DNA from: a virus
Reading direction: 5' to 3' (one strand)
Length of the DNA stretch: 64,000 nt
IMG/VR virus record: IMGVR_UViG_3300027708_000059
Part shown: positions 9,790 to 19,383 of the stretch, piece after piece
Position numbering within the stretch: the stretch's first letter is position 1
Layout: each line of letters starts with the position of its first letter
The notes under the pieces: generated by a model
Databases searched by the model: none
What the model was told of the DNA's origin: nothing
Seen by the model: only the letters and a program-made list of their open reading frames with translations
Program-made: the position numbers and the translations under genes

Positions 9790-10704
9790 TTAAAAAGAAC
9801 GAATAGCACGAACATTTAATGGATTACCTTTACTAGCATAATTTTGATTACCGCTAGAAAAATTCTGGAAAAACGCTTGGGTAAATCCACCATCAATAGT
9901 GTTTTCTTGTGTAGAACTCCAATATGAATCAAGAGTAAAACCACCAATTGCCACTCTATTTAAATAAAGTTTATTCAATTCATCTTCACTTGGTAAGTAC
10001 CAATCGGAATACCCTCCTTGAACCAAGTCTCCACAGAGTCTAGCAGCAATTCCTGCTGTTGAATCCACAGCTATTATATTAATTGTGTTTTGGTTTCCTG
10101 TTCCTATTAGATTGCTAGTAGTTACATGACTACCAACTCCAGATGTCCATATAGCAGAACTAGAAATATCAGCAACTGTTGCAATTAAACCATGTGTTTG
10201 TCCTGAAATATATCCAGGATCACTAGGTTGTAAAATATATGCTAATTTACCCCCTCCATAAGCATCTCCTATTGTATAAGGAAATATTGTACTAGTTGTA
10301 GTTGTAGTAGTAGGAGGTATTGTAGTAGTGGTTGTAGTAGTTGATGTACTAGTTGTAGTTGTAGTTGTAGAAGAAGTAGAAGAAGTAGAGGATGTTGTTG
10401 TAGTTGTAGGACCATATGCACACTGCTGCACTAATGCACAAAAAGCAACTTGTAATGCTGGATTAGTAGCAATACCTGTTAAAATTGTATTTATTAAAAC
10501 ATCACTACTGAGAGCTACGTCTATTTTCTGTAATGCTACAGTGAGAGAGTCGTTAGTGTTAATTCCTGTACTTGGTAAGTTTGGTCCTGAATATATAACA
10601 ATATCAGAATTAACTGGACAAGTCAAAGATTCACCACAACATCCTTTTGGATAAAATGCATAAATCTCTGGACCATAACAAGGCATTCCTGGTAAACAAG
10701 ACAT
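9790..10704 (-). CDS. tail fibre protein with C-terminal DUF1566 (Lcl C-terminal-like) domain
   Basis: Long poly-Thr/Ser linker, then GGYSDWYLPSEDELNKLYLN, which matches the W-x-LP-x(3)-EL-x(2)-L core of DUF1566 found in phage fibres. Confidence 0.55.
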   Translation of the reverse strand: MSCLPGMPCYGPEIYAFYPKGCCGESLTCPVNSDIVIYSGPNLPSTGINTNDSLTVALQKIDVALSSDVLINTILTGIATNPALQVAFCALVQQCAYGPTTTTTSSTSSTSSTTTTTTSTSTTTTTTTIPPTTTTTTSTIFPYTIGDAYGGGKLAYILQPSDPGYISGQTHGLIATVADISSSAIWTSGVGSHVTTSNLIGTGNQNTINIIAVDSTAGIAARLCGDLVQGGYSDWYLPSEDELNKLYLNRVAIGGFTLDSYWSSTQENTIDGGFTQAFFQNFSSGNQNYASKGNPLNVRAIRSF

Positions 10705-10716
10705 AGGAAAATTAAT

Positions 10717-11823
10717 TTAAGGGGTAACTGTAGGAATGTACATTATGTAATAACAAGCAAGAGCAGGTTGAGCATTACTATGTGCAAGTCCACCACCAAA
10801 AGAACTATTAACTGTTGTTGTAGCCACTGTTACTCCTGTAGTAGATGTAGTAGTTTGAACATTATATGGACTCTCATTAGTAATTCCTATAGTACCAGAA
10901 GCACCCCATTGTTGTGGAGTATGTCCTGCAAAGTGATGGTGACCAGGGTCTGTTACAACACTTGTACTAACTGCATTGTGTGTATGTGCAGGAATTTGTG
11001 TACCGTCTAATGTAATAGAATTTGAACCATACGTATTTCCTACAGCATAATTAAAATTATATACAGAAGATGCAGGGTTGACAGCAGCAGATAATGCAGG
11101 TCCAGGAACTAATTGTATAGCACCTACAGGAACACGTCCTCTTTTATCAGGAGTTCCATTTAAACCATTACATAAATAGATATCTTGAAAACCAAGTAGT
11201 GGATTACCAACACCTGTAGAATTAAAATAAGAAAGACTTCCGTAATATTCCACAACTGTATATGGAACCATTCTTGTATAATATTGTGTACTAGTAGTTG
11301 TACCATTAATGTAAGCTTGAATTAATGCATCAAGATCCGAAAGCTTTACATAATTTGTAGAAACGTTTAAAGCAAGAGCTGTAAGACTAACATCTATTTG
11401 ACAAAGCTTTGTAATTATAGCTTGAACAACTGCATGTGTATCAGAAGAACTAGTTACACCTGTAAGACAACCAACTGAATAATCAGCATTTAAGATAGCA
11501 ATATCAGCAGCAACTGCATTAACTTGTGTTTGAAGACTACAAGCAGACTTAATTAAAGCCTCAAATAAAGAAACAGCAGTGATATCACCACAAGTTGGTA
11601 GGAAGCTATTAACTAATGCACAATAGCTTGCTGGAGGTATAGTGATGACAATACCTGTTCCATCTAATGTAGATGTTAGAAAGGTAATCAATGCTTGTTC
11701 AACATATGATAGAGAGTCACCAGTTTTAATTCCTAAAACAGGAACATCTAGTCCTGTATATCTTACACATTGATCTGAGACAATCTCAGTACATCCATTA
11801 TAACAGTTCGAACAATTGCTCAT
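10717..11823 (-). CDS. tail fibre-like protein
   Basis: Gly/Thr/Ser-rich, beta-rich composition. Adjacent to the DUF1566 fibre. Confidence 0.4.
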   Translation of the reverse strand: MSNCSNCYNGCTEIVSDQCVRYTGLDVPVLGIKTGDSLSYVEQALITFLTSTLDGTGIVITIPPASYCALVNSFLPTCGDITAVSLFEALIKSACSLQTQVNAVAADIAILNADYSVGCLTGVTSSSDTHAVVQAIITKLCQIDVSLTALALNVSTNYVKLSDLDALIQAYINGTTTSTQYYTRMVPYTVVEYYGSLSYFNSTGVGNPLLGFQDIYLCNGLNGTPDKRGRVPVGAIQLVPGPALSAAVNPASSVYNFNYAVGNTYGSNSITLDGTQIPAHTHNAVSTSVVTDPGHHHFAGHTPQQWGASGTIGITNESPYNVQTTTSTTGVTVATTTVNSSFGGGLAHSNAQPALACYYIMYIPTVTP

Positions 11824-11833
11824 TTATTATAGT

Positions 11834-12103
11834 TTATTTATTAATTAAAAGTTTTACTTTACTTGCTATCATCTTCACTGAATAATGAACAGCATAATCT
11901 GGGTTACAATACTTGTATGTTAATATTCTTTTGTAGTTTAATAAATCACCAATCACTACATCAGGAATGGGTCTGTTCAATATAAATACAATATTGTTAT
12001 ATGCATCATTAGCAAGAATTGATAATTTGCAATCAATGTCTGCAAGAAGTGCAGGTATACTAGAACATTCTATACAATTCGTAAGCCTTGGTGATAACAT
12101 CAT
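11834..12103 (-). CDS. hypothetical protein
   Basis: Small ORF in the structural block. Its start is uncertain because an alternative Cys-rich micro-ORF overlaps it. Confidence 0.3.
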   Translation of the reverse strand: MMLSPRLTNCIECSSIPALLADIDCKLSILANDAYNNIVFILNRPIPDVVIGDLLNYKRILTYKYCNPDYAVHYSVKMIASKVKLLINK

Positions 12104-12212
12104 CTTTAAATCTTTTTATTTGATTAGCAGCATAATTACATGCTGAACACATTCCATTTACTAGTTGACATCCACAGCCAACTTGAACTCCACATGCTGT
12201 ACAGTTTGCCAT
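12057..12212 (-). CDS. possible Cys-rich micro-protein (51 aa)
   Basis: ATG one base after the stop of the upstream gene. Sequence MANCTACGVQVGCGCQLVNGMCSACNY..., which conflicts in frame with the 11834-12103 ORF. Confidence 0.2.
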
Positions 12213-12213
12213 A

Positions 12214-12825
12214 TTAATATAAATTATTGTTTACGTAATTATTACCTGTGCAATAACAGTTATTTTTTATAAAGTTATTTAACATATTATTTGCTTGAGT
12301 GTATAACTTATTTGATGTATCTACAGCACAAGTATTAGCAGCAGCAATAGATCCTTGTATGAAATAATAGATGCTGTTAAGATTAATTTTTTGTTGTTTC
12401 CTAATAGCAAGATCACATTCCATCATATCCAATTTCATAAATGCATTATCGAACTTTTCTTGAATAACTTCAGTACGCATAATTGTTCTCTCTACATAAT
12501 TTACATATGCAGGAGTAACAGAATATCTTAAATAATATACACCATCTGGTAGAGGTAGCAAAGGTTCACCCACTGCTGTAAGTCCTAAAGATGTAGAATT
12601 AAAAATATTAAAGTCATTAATATTAAAAGGAAGAGAAACCACTTTAAAACCTGGAACAGTTATTTCAATAGTGGGAGATGTTACAGCAGGGACAACTGGA
12701 TAGGTAGATGCATCAGCAATACCTAATGTTAAAGTATTATAAGTAGGTACTACTAATATTTCTAATTTGAGATCTGCCATATTTTTTAAAATAATAATGC
12801 CAGAGGAATTTGAGTTTCCTCTCAC
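12214..12825 (-). CDS. hypothetical structural protein
   Basis: ORF in the structural operon. Confidence 0.4.
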   Translation of the reverse strand: MRGNSNSSGIIILKNMADLKLEILVVPTYNTLTLGIADASTYPVVPAVTSPTIEITVPGFKVVSLPFNINDFNIFNSTSLGLTAVGEPLLPLPDGVYYLRYSVTPAYVNYVERTIMRTEVIQEKFDNAFMKLDMMECDLAIRKQQKINLNSIYYFIQGSIAAANTCAVDTSNKLYTQANNMLNNFIKNNCYCTGNNYVNNNLY

Positions 12826-12864
12826 CCTCTGGCATAGGTTATATGATATTAATTACCTTTCTTC

Positions 12865-14004
12865 TTATGGAATCAAAGTAGTTGTTGTTGAAGTAGAAGG
12901 CCAAACAGTAGTTGTAGTACTAGTAGTTGAAGTGATAGGAGCACTATCATTAACTGGAGTACCTAAAGCAACTGACAACAAAGTTTCAATTGCACCACTC
13001 AAAGATTGAGGAGCAGCAATAATAACCATTGAATCTTCATGAATATAATCTCCCCATTGATAAAGAGATTTATCCCAGTTGTTAAATTTAATGTAAAGAG
13101 TGTTGTAAGTGGTACCATCGGTAACCCAGCTTTCAAAGTTTTCGTTGTAACCAACCATTCTGTAAAGATGCTTCAAATAACCAGCTTGGTAGCTATAGAA
13201 GTTCTTTTCTAATTGTTGAATTTCAGCAGAAGTACCAGCAACATAAGAAGCACGTTGTGTGATAACAGGGTTAGCGATAATATTGCAATTATCAGCAACA
13301 ATGAAATCAGCAGTAGTTGCAGGTCCAGGATAGATGAATGTACGGAAGTACATACGATCATATTCCCAAGGGAATGCAGCAACATCACAAGGTTGACCAT
13401 ACTTAGTTAAAGGTTTACCAGAGATAACTAATTTAGCACTAGCATCATTACCAATACGTTGGAATTGATAGAAAGTACTGAAAGAAATGTTGTCTGGGTT
13501 GTTACCTGGAGCTTTCAAATTTAATTGATAAATCAATCTGTCAATCAAAGCAGGAACATCAACCTCAGCACAAGGATCAGCACCACATGCAAGACAAGGA
13601 GCTTTCACAGTTACTGAACGAGTGAAACCATTGAAATACAAAGTGTCAATGTAACTAGAATGAGCACGTAAGGTTAAAGTTACATCAGTACCAGGAGTAA
13701 CGTGAAAGTTAATAACTTCAGTTACTTGGTTAGAAGCAACAGGAGAACCTGTAACCTTATACCATTCAGTTACGTTAGCAGCAGAAATCTTATCAGATCT
13801 TTTGCTTCCTTGTAAGTAAGTATTTGTTCTACCTTGAGCTAAGTAGAAATAAGGACCAGTTGCTATATTACCAGCATTGGCAACAGCATAGGTGTTAGTG
13901 AAAACACCAAATTGACCAGCGGTCAAATTCTGAGTAGAACCAGAGCTAGGGAGTGTGTTTCCTACTGGAACTACGAAGAGGGTAGTTAATGAAAAATCAG
14001 CCAT
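12865..14004 (-). CDS. structural protein with C-terminal Thr-rich tail
   Basis: 379-aa ORF ending TSTTSTTTTVWPSTSTTTTLIP. Confidence 0.45.
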   Translation of the reverse strand: MADFSLTTLFVVPVGNTLPSSGSTQNLTAGQFGVFTNTYAVANAGNIATGPYFYLAQGRTNTYLQGSKRSDKISAANVTEWYKVTGSPVASNQVTEVINFHVTPGTDVTLTLRAHSSYIDTLYFNGFTRSVTVKAPCLACGADPCAEVDVPALIDRLIYQLNLKAPGNNPDNISFSTFYQFQRIGNDASAKLVISGKPLTKYGQPCDVAAFPWEYDRMYFRTFIYPGPATTADFIVADNCNIIANPVITQRASYVAGTSAEIQQLEKNFYSYQAGYLKHLYRMVGYNENFESWVTDGTTYNTLYIKFNNWDKSLYQWGDYIHEDSMVIIAAPQSLSGAIETLLSVALGTPVNDSAPITSTTSTTTTVWPSTSTTTTLIP

Positions 14005-14023
14005 TTTATTTTAATTTAATTGT

Positions 14024-14755
14024 TTACTCGTTTGTTTGTATTCTATATTGTGCAGACTGTACAGCAGGAGCATTCTCTGTATACATTGCAAGATTTTGTA
14101 CTGTAAGGTCTAGAAGTTCATCTTCCAGATATAATTCTAATTCACAGTCTTGATCAAATGATGGTTCACCATCTAACATTATATATCCTTCTTTATTTAT
14201 ATATTTAGGATATCTCATGTAGCTCAAATATATTTTAGTTGGTGTAAATGTACCATCTGTAAATATACTTATCTCATCTGAAGAAAGAAAGTTAAATGTT
14301 TCTTGATATTCAAATGATGGTTTATAATGATCATTTGTTAATATGAGAGAAAGATCACCATGCTTTGCTAATTCTCTATTAATCCAAAGTTTCCTATCTT
14401 TACATCTTCCTTTATCAGCCAATACATAACTATCTATATAGAACATGTATTTAGGTACTAAAACATTTGTTGGAGCAAACCATTGATTTAACTCAAGGTT
14501 CTTTATCTTTAAATCTAAAGGTTGGTTATTGTAAGTAACTACAAGACTTTGAAGATCTTCATAACGCTTTTTAAAAGCGTCAAGTCCTAATCCTGAAATT
14601 GTACTTTGACCATCAACCTTTTGTTTTATCAGCTTTATCTGAGCTTCATTTAAAGCTAAAATTTTATCTTCTAAAGGAATTTGCTGATGTTCGTTTGTTG
14701 ATAGTTTATTTAATTTCTGATCGATCTTATATAATAAACTATCTACTGGTATCAT
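14024..14755 (-). CDS. hypothetical structural protein
   Basis: ORF whose start overlaps the upstream gene. Confidence 0.4.
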   Translation of the reverse strand: MIPVDSLLYKIDQKLNKLSTNEHQQIPLEDKILALNEAQIKLIKQKVDGQSTISGLGLDAFKKRYEDLQSLVVTYNNQPLDLKIKNLELNQWFAPTNVLVPKYMFYIDSYVLADKGRCKDRKLWINRELAKHGDLSLILTNDHYKPSFEYQETFNFLSSDEISIFTDGTFTPTKIYLSYMRYPKYINKEGYIMLDGEPSFDQDCELELYLEDELLDLTVQNLAMYTENAPAVQSAQYRIQTNE

Positions 14756-15720
14756 ATCGAAGCGAGTTTCTTTGTTTTAAGTTTTCCTTCTAATGTGAGC
14801 AACTCATCTTGGTTATCATCATCAGCAAGGAATTTAATCAATGCATCTTCGTCAACAGCTATTTCATAATCACCCTCATAAATTCTACCATTAGGTTTTA
14901 CTCTATATACAGAATGAGTGACAGCTTGTTTAACAAGATCTCTAATATGGAGCAAGTTCTCTTTCATGTCTGCAAATCTATTAAATACTTCTACAGTTGA
15001 AAGTCCTTGGAATTTACCACCTTTGAATTCTGTTTCTTTCAAAATATTATCCACTAGGTTGTATACAACTTCTTCTTTACTATCATCTGATATTGGAAGT
15101 CCAAGAAGTCTTGCAACTTTCTTTTTCTTCTCTGGAGTCATTGCATCAAATTTGCTAATTGCTTTATTGATCAATTGTTTCTTCTTAAATAGAATTGCAT
15201 TTTCAATCTCATCGTCTGCAACATAAAACTGAATGTCAGCAGGATAGTCACCTCTTTCCCAAGCCTGATAGCTAGAAGCAATAGTTGGATGAACTCTCAA
15301 CCATGCAAATGCTAGTTCTTGGAAAGGATTACTTAAATCATAATAATTATCACCATCTGTAAGTTTAACAGCTTGTACATGTAGTACATCTTCTGTTGAA
15401 GTAGACATTCCGTAATTCCAGAAAGATGATCTAGGTCCTAGGTTAACATCACCAAGAGCTGTCTCTAACTTTGCTTTTAATTCTGTAACTCTTTCAATTT
15501 CCATCTCTCTTTCAAGAGGGTCAGAAATACGTCTAATATATCCAGCATTAGCATCTAATCCTGTTCTATACTGACCATCAAGTTCTTTGTAAGGATACTT
15601 AAATACTCCTGTACCAGGAATTCTTGTTAAGCCTTTGGTAGCAAGTCCACCTTGCATAGTTTGCAGTTGAGAGTTATTATACTCTTTTTTCAGCGTTGAG
15701 ATTTTTCCAATCTTGCCCAT
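14752..15720 (-). CDS. abundant virion protein (function unknown)
   Basis: Carries the conserved leader AAAACCAAATAAAATAACTACAT-ATG, shared with the scaffold-like gene. Sits immediately downstream of the putative capsid gene. Confidence 0.45.
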   Translation of the reverse strand: MGKIGKISTLKKEYNNSQLQTMQGGLATKGLTRIPGTGVFKYPYKELDGQYRTGLDANAGYIRRISDPLEREMEIERVTELKAKLETALGDVNLGPRSSFWNYGMSTSTEDVLHVQAVKLTDGDNYYDLSNPFQELAFAWLRVHPTIASSYQAWERGDYPADIQFYVADDEIENAILFKKKQLINKAISKFDAMTPEKKKKVARLLGLPISDDSKEEVVYNLVDNILKETEFKGGKFQGLSTVEVFNRFADMKENLLHIRDLVKQAVTHSVYRVKPNGRIYEGDYEIAVDEDALIKFLADDDNQDELLTLEGKLKTKKLASI

Positions 15721-15817
15721 ATGTAGTTATTTTATTTGGTTTTATTAGCAGGTAAATTCTCATCGAAGAGCCAGCAATTAGGAAACATATCCTAATTCAA
15801 TTACCTGTAGTTTAAGG

Positions 15818-15851
15818 AGGGCTCCCTAAAGGTGGGAGTTAAAGGGAGCCC
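15818..15851 (-). terminator. GC-rich stem-loop 17 nt after capsid gene stop (terminator or RNA-stabilising element)
   Basis: GGGCTCCC-17 nt-GGGAGCCC, a perfect 8-bp GC stem. The only such GC hairpin in the structural block. Confidence 0.4.
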
Positions 15852-15867
15852 TTCTTGGTAGGATTTA

Positions 15868-17421
15868 TTAGAACTGAGGTATTTCCTCAATCAAAACTGT
15901 ACGAGATAAATCTTCAATGAAAACATCACAACGATCTTTCATCCAGATTTCGTATCCAGGGAATTTGTTAGCACTAGACATACCTTGAGATTTTGCAAAT
16001 CCTAAGTGGTGACGAGTACCATCAATATAACCCCAAGTCATAGAAGGAGCACCTTTCATTCTTACTTCACGAATGTTGTTGATCATAGAACCATCACTCA
16101 TTGGACTAACATCAAACACCATAAATACTGGAGTGCTCTTTTTGTTCTGACCAAATTCAAGATTGCTCTGTGGAAGATCCAACTCTTTCAAGTGAATCAA
16201 TTCAACACGACCAGTCTCACGTGTAACCATTGCATCAAATGCAAAGTTATAAGTGATATGCTGACCTTCACCCTGCATGTAACGATTACCGCTATCTGCC
16301 ATGAAAGTAAGACCTGAGTTAAGAGCATCTGTTTTCAAAGCTTGTTGAAATACATCAAATCCAGCTTCATTTGTATACATCTTAACCTTACGATCTTTAA
16401 CATCAACCCTACGGTAGAATAGATCACCAAACACTGAACGAATCAAGTTAGCAGTAAATTCACCACGATTGTATTGTACTAAGTTACCATTGTTACGCAT
16501 TCTGTGGTAAACACCAGCAGATGTACGCTTCAACTCTTGTTTAGAACCATTAGTCTTAACAGTACCTGGTTTGCTCCAGATCATACGTTTAACCTTTAAT
16601 TCTAACATAGATTTACGCATCCAGAACTCAATGAATGGTTCCCATTTAACATCATTACGAGTTAAAGGTAATTGGTTTCTACGCTGTGGAGCATATACCA
16701 AAATATCCAAAGGTTTGCCAGAAGCATCAACCATCATTTTATCATCAGCCCATTCAGTGATTTTGTGCTCATAACCATATGCAGAACCTAAAGATTCAAA
16801 CATAGTGATTTGCTCACCTAAACGAGGAAGACCTAATAAGTCTTGATCGAATTCACCAATTGCAGCATCAACTAATTCTAATTCAATACCAGTTTGTAAG
16901 AAGTTAGCACTTACATAATCAACAGTTGGGTTATCACTAACCAAAGTGAAGCTATACAAGTAACCTACGTTCCAAGGAACTGGATCTTTAATTACATAGA
17001 AACGAGGACCATACTGACGAGAACCTACAGAAATAATTGCATTCTTAGAGAACTCATTAGTGTCTAAAACTAAAGAAAATTCTTGACCATCAATACCAGG
17101 CTTAGATAAAGCTCCAGTTGAATCAGGAATGTCAATAATTTTAGGGAATTTGTAAGGAACAGCTACTTGCCATTTCCAAGCATCACTATTATTATCAATG
17201 TAATAAGGAGTGCTTTTGTTAATCATATCTAAGAAATCATTGCTATACAATGAGCTCTGAGTGTACAGACTGATAATTTTCTTATCATAATCTGCTGGTT
17301 CGGTGCTATGGAAACTCTCTAAGTGGTTAGCGTCTGTAAGTTTACCTACAGCACGTTTATCCATAGAGGCTACTCTTGCATACGTAAAACCAGTAAGTCC
17401 TGGGATTGTTTGAATTGCCAT
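15868..17421 (-). CDS. putative major capsid protein
   Basis: 517-aa ORF directly after a scaffold-like acidic gene and a portal-like gene. Followed by a stem-loop. The call rests on position and size only. Confidence 0.5.
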   Translation of the reverse strand: MAIQTIPGLTGFTYARVASMDKRAVGKLTDANHLESFHSTEPADYDKKIISLYTQSSLYSNDFLDMINKSTPYYIDNNSDAWKWQVAVPYKFPKIIDIPDSTGALSKPGIDGQEFSLVLDTNEFSKNAIISVGSRQYGPRFYVIKDPVPWNVGYLYSFTLVSDNPTVDYVSANFLQTGIELELVDAAIGEFDQDLLGLPRLGEQITMFESLGSAYGYEHKITEWADDKMMVDASGKPLDILVYAPQRRNQLPLTRNDVKWEPFIEFWMRKSMLELKVKRMIWSKPGTVKTNGSKQELKRTSAGVYHRMRNNGNLVQYNRGEFTANLIRSVFGDLFYRRVDVKDRKVKMYTNEAGFDVFQQALKTDALNSGLTFMADSGNRYMQGEGQHITYNFAFDAMVTRETGRVELIHLKELDLPQSNLEFGQNKKSTPVFMVFDVSPMSDGSMINNIREVRMKGAPSMTWGYIDGTRHHLGFAKSQGMSSANKFPGYEIWMKDRCDVFIEDLSRTVLIEEIPQF

Positions 17422-17454
17422 TTTTGTTATTCGTTTAAGTTGTTATTTATTTGT

Positions 17455-18720
17455 TTATGAAAACCACGATTGAGATGCTGCCTGAGATTTAGTGTTTGAT
17501 TTAACACCACTTTTACTTACTTGTCTTGCAACTTCTCCAAATAACTCATTAGACTTTTTGCTAATTCCAGATTTTTGAATTGTTGAAAGAGTTGGATCTT
17601 TTTCTAATATTTTTAGAAGAAGAGCAACCTTTACTTTTTGCTCATGATTCTCAGGTCTTTTTAGATCTAGTATTGTTCTGTCAAAATCAGTTAAGGTTTC
17701 TCCAGATGGTGTTTTGTATTTATCTGTTAATAGAAAATCTTGTAGCTCACCAGCTAATTTCGGATTAAGAGGAATACCATCAAACTCTTTTGTTTTTAGT
17801 TTCTCTTGTAATACAGTTTGGACATTATTAACATATTGGTTCCTAATGGCTGCCTTCTGTTGTAATACCTTTTGTCCCTGTTCTTCTAATTGTTGAAGCT
17901 TTGCTGCTTCCTTTTTAATCAACACTTTGTGGTGTTTTGCTGCCACTGTTTCAAGATCACCATAGTTTTTCAATCTTTCGATTTCTGTAGTGACATCTTC
18001 AGGATCAAAACCCTGATCATTAAGTGCTTGTTTTAAAACTGCAATTTGATTATTCTCTTCAGAAAGATCAAGATTAGCAAAGCTTTCTATATTATTATAT
18101 GTACCGAAATATTCTTTAGGATCAACTCCTTTTACAAATATGGCTTCAAATGCTTGTTGATAATCTTCTCCAAACTGTCCAATAAAGTTATTTACCACTT
18201 CAATTGCACCTTTCTTTTTCTCTGCATTAAATCTTTCAAGAAACTCTTCAGGAGTAGAGATTGCTACATCTTCTTCATCTTCATCCTTAGAAAATACTCC
18301 AAGTTTAAAAAGATCATTAGAAAGAGCACCAAACTTACTTACTTCAGGTTCTTCTTCATCATCATCATCATCAGATTCAGAAACAGGAGCTTTCACTTTA
18401 GTAATAGGAGCTTGCTCCTCATTATCTTCATCATCATCTCCTCCTAGTAGAAAGTCTTCAATAGAAACTTTAGCGTCATCATCCTTCTTCTCTTCTTCAG
18501 CTTCTGGTATAACAGAAGTTGTTGCTTTCTTAGAAGATGGTGCTTTAGGAGCAGGAGCTTTGTCCTCTGGTGTGAGGTCTTTGATATCTTCAGGATTACT
18601 TGTAGAGGTTTCTGAGGACATCAGATCATTTAATAGTTCTGCGTTCCCTAGTCCCATTTCCATAGTATTTTGAATACTAAAGTTACCAAATGATTGGTTA
18701 TCAAAATTTTCTTCAGCCAT
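17455..18720 (-). CDS. putative scaffolding protein
   Basis: Highly acidic (DDDDDEEE runs) with a coiled-coil-like C-terminus. Lies between the portal-like and capsid-like genes. Conserved strong leader. Confidence 0.5.
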   Translation of the reverse strand: MAEENFDNQSFGNFSIQNTMEMGLGNAELLNDLMSSETSTSNPEDIKDLTPEDKAPAPKAPSSKKATTSVIPEAEEEKKDDDAKVSIEDFLLGGDDDEDNEEQAPITKVKAPVSESDDDDDEEEPEVSKFGALSNDLFKLGVFSKDEDEEDVAISTPEEFLERFNAEKKKGAIEVVNNFIGQFGEDYQQAFEAIFVKGVDPKEYFGTYNNIESFANLDLSEENNQIAVLKQALNDQGFDPEDVTTEIERLKNYGDLETVAAKHHKVLIKKEAAKLQQLEEQGQKVLQQKAAIRNQYVNNVQTVLQEKLKTKEFDGIPLNPKLAGELQDFLLTDKYKTPSGETLTDFDRTILDLKRPENHEQKVKVALLLKILEKDPTLSTIQKSGISKKSNELFGEVARQVSKSGVKSNTKSQAASQSWFS

Positions 18721-18855
18721 ATGTAGTTGTGTTTATTTGGTTTTAACGGTGTAAAAGTATATTATATTAAATTCATAGCAAAGGGTTTAGATACTATATG
18801 AGTCAATTTTCCAGATAATATAGCATTAACATTTTTTACTCTAACCCAATTTGTT

Positions 18856-19383
18856 TTATTCTTTGAATACTGTGTAGACTTTTGTAGTCACAATCCTTCC
18901 AAAATACACTTTATGTATATTAACTCCCATATCATCACATTCTTTTTTTAATGCATTTTTTATAGCAGTGAGGGTTGTTTTCTTCTTAATGTCTTCCCAT
19001 TCACAATCTGTAAGATAATCTGCAATTATTCCACGTGAAACGTCATGTATATTTCCATCAGCAGTATTTGTGTCTATTAGATATTTTTTTGGATCTATTA
19101 TATCAAACTTAATGATTGGTTCTACTGATACTTGTTTATTATCAATTGTTGTAATATCTACAGGCTGAACATGAAAGGTATCTATAGATTTCATCACTAT
19201 ATGCACCTCATCCATCAACGGTATTTTCCAATTAACTCCTTCTTTTAAATTGTATTTATACTTACCAAGTCTCAATAGAACACCTGATTCGTAACATCTC
19301 AATACAACAATTGGGGAGAAATAGTCTTTAAACTTTTCTGCTACCCATTCAATTGTACTTATTAAAAGATTTCCGTCTAGCAT
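18856..19383 (-). CDS. hypothetical head-module protein
   Basis: ORF whose stop overlaps the portal gene start. Confidence 0.4.
   Translation of the reverse strand: MLDGNLLISTIEWVAEKFKDYFSPIVVLRCYESGVLLRLGKYKYNLKEGVNWKIPLMDEVHIVMKSIDTFHVQPVDITTIDNKQVSVEPIIKFDIIDPKKYLIDTNTADGNIHDVSRGIIADYLTDCEWEDIKKKTTLTAIKNALKKECDDMGVNIHKVYFGRIVTTKVYTVFKE

Noticed and set aside
18046-18447. Plus-strand 133-aa ORF (Ile/Phe/Lys-rich)
   Set aside because: It is the antisense reading of the acidic scaffold-like gene, with low-complexity AT-rich codons. The plus-strand ORFs at 21690-22061, 23202-23489 and 16006-16317 are likewise antisense to long minus-strand genes.
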